Positions 18,604 to 26,356 of a DNA stretch of 64,000 bases are shown one piece after another; position 1 is the stretch's first letter; each line of letters begins with the position of its first letter. The stretch is taken from contig OZ242320.1 of assembly GCA_965208125.1 (NCBI GenBank), positions 1,024,001 to 1,088,000 of the forward strand, written 5' to 3'. The notes below the pieces were generated by a model that did not search any database, was not told the origin of the DNA, and saw only the letters and a program-made list of their open reading frames with translations. Source of the DNA: Candidatus Latescibacterota bacterium (lineage in GTDB: Bacteria; Latescibacterota; UBA2968). A program made the position numbers and the translations under genes.

Positions 18604-19929
18604 TTGAATCGAAATACCCAGAGACCAAATATCCTGTTCATCATGACAGATCAACAGCACGCAGGCATGATGAGCTGCACAGGTAATAAGTGGTTGAAGA
18701 CGCCGGCCATGGATAGCCTGGCACGAGATGGCATCCGTTTTGAGATGGCATACGCGACAAACCCCGTATGTGTCGCAAGCCGAACCAGCATGGCCACAGG
18801 CGTCATGTCCTGTCGCCTTGGTGCGGGCAACAATGGCCCTGGCCTGGCGATCAAGCAACTCCCGCCTGAAGTGCACGATCATTCGATGGGCAAGATCATG
18901 AAGCGTGCCGGCTACGACACGTTCTATGGCGGAAAAGTGCATATGTGCTCCCCGCTGGCCCCAGAGAATGCAGGTTATGACGAATATTTCCGGAATGATC
19001 GCGAAGAACTGCCTGCGGCCTGTCTCCAATTCATGGAGAAGAAGAGAGACAACCCCTTTTTTGCCATAGCATCATTCATCAATCCCCACGATATCTGCTT
19101 TGCTCACATTGCCCGCAATGGCGAAGATAGGCACGGCGTGTTGGCGTTACATAAGGAGGCGTCCTCCCTTGAGATGGATGAGCTTCCGCCACTTCCAGAC
19201 AACTACGCGATACAGCAGAATGAGCCTGCAGCGATCGAAGCACACCTGAATCCCAATGCGCCAACGCCCGCTATCACGATGCGGAAGGAATATGACGAGA
19301 AGGCATGGCGAATCAATCGGTGGATCTATCATCGACTTACTGAAAAAGTCGATCGCCACATCGGCGACATTTTCGACGGTTTGAAAAAAGCCGGACTCGA
19401 AGAAGACACCGTTGTGATTTTCACCAGCGACCACGGCAATATGGATGCCAGCCATAGGCTGGCATCCAAGGGTGTCTTCTATGAAGAATCGGTAGGTGTT
19501 CCGTTTATCCTCAAACACCTAGGAGGCGCTCTAGGTGGCCGTACGAACAGGACGCATCTGGTCTCCACAGGGCTCGATATCCTGCCCACGATTTGTGACT
19601 ACGCAGGCATCAAGCAGCCTGACCATCTTCTTGGTGTGAGCCTTCGTCCGCTGGCAGAGGATAGGCGTGTGGACGACTGGCGTACCTATGTGGCGTCTGA
19701 AAACCACTGGACCCGAATGATCCGAAGTCAGAGATACAAGTATTGCGCCTACGATTACGCGTTCGGGAATGAGTCACTGGTTGATATGGAGAATGACCCT
19801 GGTGAAATGCAAAACCTTGTTGATGATCCCAAATTCCAGGACGTACTGACTGAGCATCGCAGACTCCTTGCGGATTGGAGCAACCTTTCCGAAGACAAAG
19901 ACGCCTCGAAATACCTTAAGAATGGTTAG
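18604..19929 (+). CDS. Sulfatase (CxAxR variant)
   Basis: RPNILFIMTDQQ, TPAMD, PVCVASR, FTSDHG; TTG start after AAGGAGGAG. Confidence 0.88.
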   Translation: MNRNTQRPNILFIMTDQQHAGMMSCTGNKWLKTPAMDSLARDGIRFEMAYATNPVCVASRTSMATGVMSCRLGAGNNGPGLAIKQLPPEVHDHSMGKIMKRAGYDTFYGGKVHMCSPLAPENAGYDEYFRNDREELPAACLQFMEKKRDNPFFAIASFINPHDICFAHIARNGEDRHGVLALHKEASSLEMDELPPLPDNYAIQQNEPAAIEAHLNPNAPTPAITMRKEYDEKAWRINRWIYHRLTEKVDRHIGDIFDGLKKAGLEEDTVVIFTSDHGNMDASHRLASKGVFYEESVGVPFILKHLGGALGGRTNRTHLVSTGLDILPTICDYAGIKQPDHLLGVSLRPLAEDRRVDDWRTYVASENHWTRMIRSQRYKYCAYDYAFGNESLVDMENDPGEMQNLVDDPKFQDVLTEHRRLLADWSNLSEDKDASKYLKNG

Positions 19930-19949
19930 TGTTGTTCGTCTCAAGTTGC

Positions 19950-20119
19950 GGACAGGCGCGTGCAGTGACGGTGCGTTGGGCGCGCATATGCGAATTGACC
20001 GGAGGCGGGAGGTCGTGAGCGTATTTCTCGTTCATCAGACTGCGGGGCCGTTCCTGAACCTGAAGAATAAGCGCTATCAACAAGTGAACGAAATGTTTCC
20101 ACTACCTAATGATCGTTGA
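19950..20119 (+). pseudogene. Possible C-terminal remnant of a beta-lactamase-family serine hydrolase
   Basis: Start-less frame GACSDGALGAHMRIDRRREVVSVFLVHQ resembles the HGG..G...WIDP.R..V.V.L.Q C-terminal strands. Confidence 0.3.
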
Positions 20120-20163
20120 TCGTATAAGAGTAGAACTAGAAAGTGATGAACGGAGAAAACAGC

Positions 20164-21660
20164 ATGAACGAATCGAATAGCCTGATCCGGCGAGAAAACG
20201 AAAAACCTGGAACGCGCGACTGGCTGCTTACCAACGCGTACATCGACCCGGATACCTGGTGGCGTTCCCCGCGAATCGAGGGCTACTGCTCCGAGACGAG
20301 CGTGAGCGCTGGCGACTCACTCAAGATCATGGTGAGCACGAATCCGGTGTCGGAGTTCAGTCTGGAAATCTTCCGAACGGGCTACTATGGCGGAACCGGC
20401 GCGCGATCCGTGAAGAAGTTTGAATCTATTCAGGGCAAAACCCAACCTGACCCGCCCATCGGCGATAACCGCCTGCGTGAATGCAAATGGGAACCATCGG
20501 TGGAATTTGAGATTCCCGACGATTGGCTGAGTGGTGTCTATCTCGGCAAACTCACCGCCAAGAAGGTGAGCGGCGTCTATCAAAGCAGACTCACTGCCAA
20601 CAAAGATGGTCTGCAAAGCTATGTCATCTTCATCGTGCGTGACGACCGCCCTTGTGACCTGCTATTCCAGTGCAGCGACATGACCTGGCAAGCCTACAAT
20701 AGCTGGCCCGATGACAGGTGGTCTCTTTACCACGCCGACAAGGAGGTCTACAATCCGAATGGAAGGAAAAAATGGCTCACAGATCTGGAAACCGGGTGGG
20801 TGAGTTTTGATCGTCCCTACGCTAATTTTTGTCAGGACCATCTCGTCGATAGACCTGACTCCGTGGGGTCGGGAGAGTTTCTTCTCTGGGAATTCCCGTT
20901 GTCCTATTGGATGGAGCAGCAGGGCTACGATGTGTCCTATATTTCGAACGTGGATACGCACAGGCACGGTCCGAGATTGCAGCTCGCGAAAAGTTTCATT
21001 TCCGTGGGCCATGACGAGTATTGGACGCGGGAGATGTACGACAACGTCAGCGCGGCCCGCGACGCAGGTCTCAACCTTGCCTTCCTGAGTGGTAATACGA
21101 TGTTTGGTGTGGTGCCTTTGCTGCCCTCCGCTGAGGGGCAGCCCCACCGGATCATCCGCCGCGAAAGCTATTTCATTGGCGAGGAACGCTATAAGCAGGC
21201 TCAGGAGCAACGAGGCATAAAGCTCAAGTATCCGCCAGGGCCAGACGGGGCGTTGCTCATGGGTGGACGCCACGCCGGCCTCGGCGGTGGTGACTTTGTC
21301 TGCGCCAAGCCCGAACACTGGCTGTATGAAGGCACTGATATGAAAGAAGGCGACGCCGTCAATGGCCTGGTGGGCTGGGAATGGAACGGCCATCCCGCCC
21401 GCGATTTACCCGGTCATGAAATCCTGGCTACAAGCAATGCGGTTGACGGAAGAAATAGACTCGATTCATCCCATGCAGCGACGATCTACAATGGACCCAG
21501 GGACAACGTTGTATTCAATGCCGCATCCATCTGGTATGCGCAAGGTGTGTCATCGCCTCCAGGCCATGTTTTGCCCGCAAATAGACACGCCCGGCCGCAA
21601 GGCCCTGACTCGCGCGTGCAGCGTATGACGGCGAATCTATTCGATCGGTTTATCAAGTAA
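20164..21660 (+). CDS. DMFase beta-subunit-like protein, copy 2 (no Tat signal)
   Basis: Same motifs as copy 1; 13-aa internal duplication; start could be 20143, 20146 or 20164. Confidence 0.8.
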   Translation: MNESNSLIRRENEKPGTRDWLLTNAYIDPDTWWRSPRIEGYCSETSVSAGDSLKIMVSTNPVSEFSLEIFRTGYYGGTGARSVKKFESIQGKTQPDPPIGDNRLRECKWEPSVEFEIPDDWLSGVYLGKLTAKKVSGVYQSRLTANKDGLQSYVIFIVRDDRPCDLLFQCSDMTWQAYNSWPDDRWSLYHADKEVYNPNGRKKWLTDLETGWVSFDRPYANFCQDHLVDRPDSVGSGEFLLWEFPLSYWMEQQGYDVSYISNVDTHRHGPRLQLAKSFISVGHDEYWTREMYDNVSAARDAGLNLAFLSGNTMFGVVPLLPSAEGQPHRIIRRESYFIGEERYKQAQEQRGIKLKYPPGPDGALLMGGRHAGLGGGDFVCAKPEHWLYEGTDMKEGDAVNGLVGWEWNGHPARDLPGHEILATSNAVDGRNRLDSSHAATIYNGPRDNVVFNAASIWYAQGVSSPPGHVLPANRHARPQGPDSRVQRMTANLFDRFIK

Positions 21661-21743
21661 GGTCCAACAATGGGAAAAGGAGACAAGTGGAACGCGTTGA
21701 CACATTGCCCTGATGCCCTCCACATAATATTAGAAAATTTTAA

Positions 21744-21772
21744 ACCCCTGGAGAGATACTCTCTTCAGGGGT
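21744..21772. terminator. Hairpin/terminator between convergent units
   Basis: ACCCCTGgAGAG-atact-CTCTtCAGGGGT. Confidence 0.55.
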
Positions 21773-21842
21773 AATTTGGATGGATTTGGGTTGCAATCTA
21801 AACGCGAACATCCCAAAACGCGAGGACTATATAATTGTGTGA

Positions 21843-22031
21843 TCAGATGGTACGCGCACTGCTTTTTTCCGCCGTTTTCAACAACCTTGGTGCTAATTTA
21901 ACGACCTTACGCTTGCTTGCTTTCTGGCGTTTCTTTGCTTCTAAAAATAGTGTACGCACGTTATAGTCGTGTAATGCTGCCAACTCTTCGCGAATTGTTC
22001 GGACTTCCTTGATGATATCGTCGTGGTCCAT
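21843..22031 (-). CDS. Small protein typically encoded downstream of PIN-domain toxins (putative antitoxin)
   Basis: MDHDDIIKEVRTIREELAALHDYNV; RBS GGAG lies in the end of the PIN remnant. Confidence 0.6.
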   Translation of the reverse strand: MDHDDIIKEVRTIREELAALHDYNVRTLFLEAKKRQKASKRKVVKLAPRLLKTAEKSSARTI

Positions 22032-22035
22032 TGTA

Positions 22036-22177
22036 TTACTCTCCTAATAATTCCTCTGGCGTGCAGATGATGGGTGGTTCATACCCTTTTAAGCGACACT
22101 TTCGTTCAATCTGATTTCTTATCGTAGCATTAGCCAAATGTGCAAAATTCCAGGTTAATAGATATTCAATGCCTCCG
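22036..22177 (-). pseudogene. 5'-truncated PIN/VapC-family toxin (C-terminal ~47 aa)
   Basis: Minus strand reads GGIEYLLTWNFAHLANATIRNQIERKCRLKGYEPPIICTPEELLGE*; in-frame stop upstream near 22216, N-terminal portion absent; not in the ORF track. Confidence 0.75.
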
Positions 22178-22187
22178 CGCAAATACT

Positions 22188-22244
22188 CATAAATTGATAT
22201 TTCAAAATTACGGTGTTATACTACACAAGTCAATGGAATGCCTC
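22188..22244. promoter_or_regulatory. Bidirectional sigma70-like promoter module, copy 1 (direct repeat of 26189-26245)
   Basis: Plus: TTGATA(22194)-N17-TATACT(22217) with TGn; minus: TTGACT(22233)-N17-TAATTT; 49/57 identical to copy 2. Confidence 0.75.
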
Positions 22245-22280
22245 CTGAAAATAAATCCATCAACGGAGCAATACAAAATC

Positions 22281-22505
22281 ATGAACCGTCTTTCACGACA
22301 AGAGAAAATCCGTATTTTTCGATATTTATTTCCTGTCGCTATTGTCCTGTCATTATTGTTGTACGGCATTTTTGGTTCAAAGGTGATATGGAATGTGGTC
22401 TTATATCTGGCGATTGCCACATTTATCTTGCGGATGATACGCATGTGGCTTGAGTTTAAGGAAGAAAAAAAAGATCAAGAAAAAAAGGAATGTAATCTTG
22501 TATAG
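22281..22505 (+). CDS. Small 2-TM membrane protein (74 aa)
   Basis: GGAG before ATG 22281; hydrophobic segments YLFPVAIVLSLLLYGIFG and VIWNVVLYLAIATFILRMI; charged tail. Confidence 0.6.
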   Translation: MNRLSRQEKIRIFRYLFPVAIVLSLLLYGIFGSKVIWNVVLYLAIATFILRMIRMWLEFKEEKKDQEKKECNLV

Positions 22506-22520
22506 AAAGGAGGTAAGGGA

Positions 22521-23453
22521 ATGCCGAAACCGAAGAAACTCACACGCACAGCGAGGCTTGCCAATAAGGGCCTCATTCATCCCCCACCCTGGCTGCCAGA
22601 CAACATGATGCTCGAAGGACTAACCGGATCTTTTGCCTACGGATGCGAAGACCCGAAAAAGGCTGATCGGGATATTGTTGGGATTGCCATCCCCCCAAAG
22701 ACAGTTATTTTCCCCCACCTTGCAGGATATATCCAGGGCTTCGGTACACAACCCCCAAAATTCGATCAATTCCAGGCACACGGCATAGAAGCAAAGGATG
22801 AGCGTAAGACTTATGACATTGCGATCTATAACATCGTGAAGTTCTTCCAGCTTGCAATGGAGAACAATCCAAATATGGTGGAGATTCTATTCCTGCCTCC
22901 CAGATGCCTGTTATCTACCTCCCAGATTTATGATCGCATGCGGCAAAGCCGAAAAACTTTTTTGCACAAGGGTGCATATCACAAGTTTTTGGGTTATGCC
23001 CATTCCCAGCTCAAGAAGCTCAATGCAGAAAGCCGCACAAACCCGCGCCGACAATCAGATATCGAACGGTTTGGATATGATACCAAATTCGGGTATCACC
23101 TGGTTCGCCTATCCTATGAGTGCGAAATGATCATGCGAGAAGGCGATATTGTGCTTGATCGGTATAAAGAGATCTACAAATCAATCCGTCGGGGAGAATG
23201 GACAAAGGAGCAACTCAGAGAGTTCTTTGACCGCAAAAAAGCGGAACTCGACAAGCTCTATGATGATAAGGAAAGTCCGATACCGCACAAGCCAGACGAA
23301 GACAAGATCAAAGCATTACTCCTGGAATGTCTCGAGATCCATTATGGTTCTCTAAATACCACCATCGCCAAAGACGTATCCGTTGAGGCCTTGCTCGATG
23401 AGATAGATCTGGTGACTTCAAAATATCGCAAACAAACCGAAGGCAAAAAGTAG
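22521..23453 (+). CDS. DNA polymerase beta-superfamily nucleotidyltransferase (RlaP/Nuc-transf-like)
   Basis: GSFAYG...DRD catalytic motif, YDIAIY, NNPNMVEILF, GYAHSQL, YDTKFGYHLVRL; RBS AAGGAGGT. Confidence 0.85.
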   Translation: MPKPKKLTRTARLANKGLIHPPPWLPDNMMLEGLTGSFAYGCEDPKKADRDIVGIAIPPKTVIFPHLAGYIQGFGTQPPKFDQFQAHGIEAKDERKTYDIAIYNIVKFFQLAMENNPNMVEILFLPPRCLLSTSQIYDRMRQSRKTFLHKGAYHKFLGYAHSQLKKLNAESRTNPRRQSDIERFGYDTKFGYHLVRLSYECEMIMREGDIVLDRYKEIYKSIRRGEWTKEQLREFFDRKKAELDKLYDDKESPIPHKPDEDKIKALLLECLEIHYGSLNTTIAKDVSVEALLDEIDLVTSKYRKQTEGKK

Positions 23454-23489
23454 AGTTGTATGGATTTGGAGGGAATAGGACAGAGGGTG

Positions 23490-25022
23490 CTAATGGTCGG
23501 TGGGTATCATCAATTGCTCAAAGAAAGTGTCTATCCAGCCGGGCGTTTTTCCGGTTCTTTCTGCACAGCGAACGGCTTTCGCGACCTCCCTATTCGAAAG
23601 TTCATCAAACACCTGCTGGCCTGGTACAAGTGCTTGATTCAGATCGTTAGGCTCGAACTTATCCAGCGCGTCACCGTATCTTCGAACACATAATGAAACT
23701 ACATCGCGCCCCGGCGCAGAGGCCAGATAGAGAAACAGGCGGTCGAGATATGCCATACCAATAATATTGGGCTGAAAGCCGTGAAAACACGTCAAGTTCA
23801 ACACCTCACTTCTGTTGCGAATAATCTTGTAGCCGCCACGTGAAAACACGCCAAGCAAAAGAGGGGCGGGTGCTCTCCTTTCCGTCTTGTACCAGGGATT
23901 TCGGTTTTTTGTTAAAAACCGCGTGTTATAACCCCTCTGCTCCCCACTCCGAATATAATCCGCCGCGTATTTCGAGTGTGTCTTACTAACACTGAATAGC
24001 AAAACAGGCGCGTCGTTTCTGACCAAATCGTCGTAGTCTGCGCGACCAAACACCGGTTGCTGAATTTGAGAACTTTTCGTAATGCAAGGAACAACCTCCG
24101 GACCATTGATTCCCAGTGTTTTGGCGCGAGACGGTTTCAAAACAAAAAATTCGTTGGCTCCGGTGGCAATGCCCCTGCTAAAATGACCATAATAGTTCAG
24201 CGGCACCGTCATTCCATGATTGATATCGAATGTATTTTTCTGGAAGTATGACAACCACTTCGACTCGGGATTGAGTCGCTCCAATGCGACCCTGGTAATT
24301 GGCTGATTCTCAAGAATGTTTTCCAACGAAGAAATGGAATCGGCGATATGGAAATCAACGTGGGAATATTGCTGGCAGGTATCGTACAGGATTATTCCCA
24401 CTGAGGTTATTGCATCGGGAAAGATGTCCTTCTCGCATTTAAGATTGATAATAGAGACAAGATGACCGCTCTCGATAAGACGTTTCTTAACAATGGTCCC
24501 GTATCCAGTATTGAGAAATTCAAGAGGCATAATATACGCAAGCCGTCCCGATCCATTCAGTTCGGACAGCGACTTCAGCAGGAATGCGGATGCCGTATTC
24601 GTATATCCCGACAATTTCAAGCCCAGATTATCGACAAACGCCTTGAACACAGAGTCCCTGCCAATAAACTTCTGGAAGCGCATATAAGGTGGATTACAAA
24701 CAATATTGGCGTGTGCTTTCCCCCAGGAGAGCAGATAGTCTTCATGCTCAATATCTAATTTCCGCCCTCCTGACTCGCCTGTCCAGAAATCGAGGATTTT
24801 GGAATCTTTCTCACTTCCGGCAAACACCATGCCCGGATCGTCGGCAACGGGATCAAAAAGAGCACCCAGACCAAAGCCGGGATCAAAGAGCGTCCTCTGC
24901 CCGGATTTCAAGACCCACCGCACCATAAACTCGGCTACTTCAGGGCGAGTGAAAAACTGCCCGTATTTCTTGCGATGCTTCTCGCCAACGCTCCGCAGGT
25001 ATTCAGCTTGATTAACCTGCAT
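23490..25022 (-). CDS. Type II N6-adenine DNA methyltransferase (gamma class; M.AccI-like)
   Basis: GQFFT, FDPGFGLG, VCNPPY, RGIATGANEFF; overlaps the REase stop. Confidence 0.9.
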   Translation of the reverse strand: MQVNQAEYLRSVGEKHRKKYGQFFTRPEVAEFMVRWVLKSGQRTLFDPGFGLGALFDPVADDPGMVFAGSEKDSKILDFWTGESGGRKLDIEHEDYLLSWGKAHANIVCNPPYMRFQKFIGRDSVFKAFVDNLGLKLSGYTNTASAFLLKSLSELNGSGRLAYIMPLEFLNTGYGTIVKKRLIESGHLVSIINLKCEKDIFPDAITSVGIILYDTCQQYSHVDFHIADSISSLENILENQPITRVALERLNPESKWLSYFQKNTFDINHGMTVPLNYYGHFSRGIATGANEFFVLKPSRAKTLGINGPEVVPCITKSSQIQQPVFGRADYDDLVRNDAPVLLFSVSKTHSKYAADYIRSGEQRGYNTRFLTKNRNPWYKTERRAPAPLLLGVFSRGGYKIIRNRSEVLNLTCFHGFQPNIIGMAYLDRLFLYLASAPGRDVVSLCVRRYGDALDKFEPNDLNQALVPGQQVFDELSNREVAKAVRCAERTGKTPGWIDTFFEQLMIPTDH

Positions 25023-26079
25023 CTAATATCTCCTGAGAGAAGACAGCCGGATCGAGATAGCCACGTCCCCCGTGGAAGGTGACATAGAATAGGAGACGCC
25101 CGCGCTCCAATTCTTTTAGAGCAGAGCGGTGTTGCGGCATATCAATCCTGCCCAAAATCTCTTTTCCAACCTGAACATTGATCTTAATAGTTCTCTTGCC
25201 TTGATTTTTCACATCTTTCTCTATGGAGAACACCACGCCTTCGTTTCTTGAGTCGGAGGTTATTTCCAGAATATTCTGAAACGGAATAACGTATGCTTTG
25301 TCAAAAAACACCTGCAAATAGCAGTGCCTCACTCCGAAATGCTGAATCCAGCGATTGACAAGTGCCAAGTCTTCGACCTTCGGTGTAATGCTGAGATAGT
25401 CCCGTTTTTGAAGGATTTGCATCTGTTCTTTTAGAGATTTCAAAAGCTCACTCAACTCTTGCAAAGGTTGAGTCGAATACCAGCCCCTCCGCCTGAAATT
25501 CAATTCTCGAAACGTATCGATGGTTGCATTTTGTATCATTTCATAAAGTGCAGGACTCTTTTCTGCAAGCAGGCTCGCGTAGGGTTCTGAGAGAATTTCC
25601 CGTTGAATTTCTTGAATGGCAGATTCAGCTTCTCGCGTTCTATTATCCATGAATGATGAATATCTATTCGCAAGAAAACTGCTTGAACGAACCTCAATAG
25701 CCGATACTGCCTTCTGGATAAACGCATCATCATCCAGGTCATAATGCTCTGGAACGTCGTCCCGCTTATAGACGAGAAGATCGGGTTTTTTGCCAATCGT
25801 GTTCAACTCATCAATATAAGAAGCATAAAAGTCGGCAAACCCGGGATCACCGGCTGATAGAGTATCCGCACGACCGTACTTTATTGCACAATATTCCTGA
25901 GAGTTTTCATTGATAGCATTGAAGACAATCTCTTCTGCCCAGTCGCCCTGTTCCTTGTTCGTAAGAAACATAGAACTCGCCATAGTAGGCGTGCGTCCGG
26001 TTATTTGCACATCAGGCTCAATCTCAAAGGGTGACATCTCGATTAGATGGGCGATGGTGTCTCTGTACATTGCATTCAT
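25012..26079 (-). CDS. AccI-family type II restriction endonuclease
   Basis: PTMASSMFLTNKEQGDWAE, GKKPDLL, AIEVRSS (PD-(D/E)xK-like), LSITPKVEDL, KNQGKRTIKI; start 26079 or 26070. Confidence 0.8.
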   Translation of the reverse strand: MNAMYRDTIAHLIEMSPFEIEPDVQITGRTPTMASSMFLTNKEQGDWAEEIVFNAINENSQEYCAIKYGRADTLSAGDPGFADFYASYIDELNTIGKKPDLLVYKRDDVPEHYDLDDDAFIQKAVSAIEVRSSSFLANRYSSFMDNRTREAESAIQEIQREILSEPYASLLAEKSPALYEMIQNATIDTFRELNFRRRGWYSTQPLQELSELLKSLKEQMQILQKRDYLSITPKVEDLALVNRWIQHFGVRHCYLQVFFDKAYVIPFQNILEITSDSRNEGVVFSIEKDVKNQGKRTIKINVQVGKEILGRIDMPQHRSALKELERGRLLFYVTFHGGRGYLDPAVFSQEILDAG

Positions 26080-26188
26080 GGATTTTGCGCCCCATCTGTC
26101 AACGGAGTAAATTCCCAGACCTGTCAACTACGTGCCGAGCGGATTTCTGTTGCTCTCTCCACTGGGACGTATTTCAGACAGTCACAGT

Positions 26189-26245
26189 CATAGATTGAAA
26201 TTTTAAGAGTACGATGTTATACTACAAAAGTCAATGGAATGTCTC
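26189..26245. promoter_or_regulatory. Bidirectional sigma70-like promoter module, copy 2
   Basis: Plus: TTGAAA(26195)-N17-TATACT(26218); minus: TTGACT(26234)-N17-TACTCT. Confidence 0.75.
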
Positions 26246-26259
26246 AAGAGGATAATGAT

Positions 26260-26344
26260 ATGCAACACAAATTGGTCGCTGTAGTTGGCAACACACCGCA
26301 AGTTATGACAGAGACGTTTTGGGCATTGCGTATCCAACCTTTTG
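26260..26344 (+). pseudogene. N-terminal fragment of a CARF-domain protein (NE0113/Csx6-like)
   Basis: RBS GAGGA, MQHKLVAVVGNTPQVMTETFWAL resembles the NE0113 signature G.SPQV.TET.YAL; similarity ends where the copy-3 leader starts. Confidence 0.6.
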
Positions 26345-26356
26345 CAGGAGTGTATT

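Noticed and set aside
22521-23453. CBASS CD-NTase
   Set aside because: Motifs (NNPN, YDTK..YHLVRL) fit the RlaP/Nuc-transf family, and no Cap2/Cap3 or known CBASS effector is present
22188-26245. CRISPR array or prophage att sites
   Set aside because: Only two copies 4 kb apart, with no spacers, integrase or tRNA; promoter architecture explains the conservation
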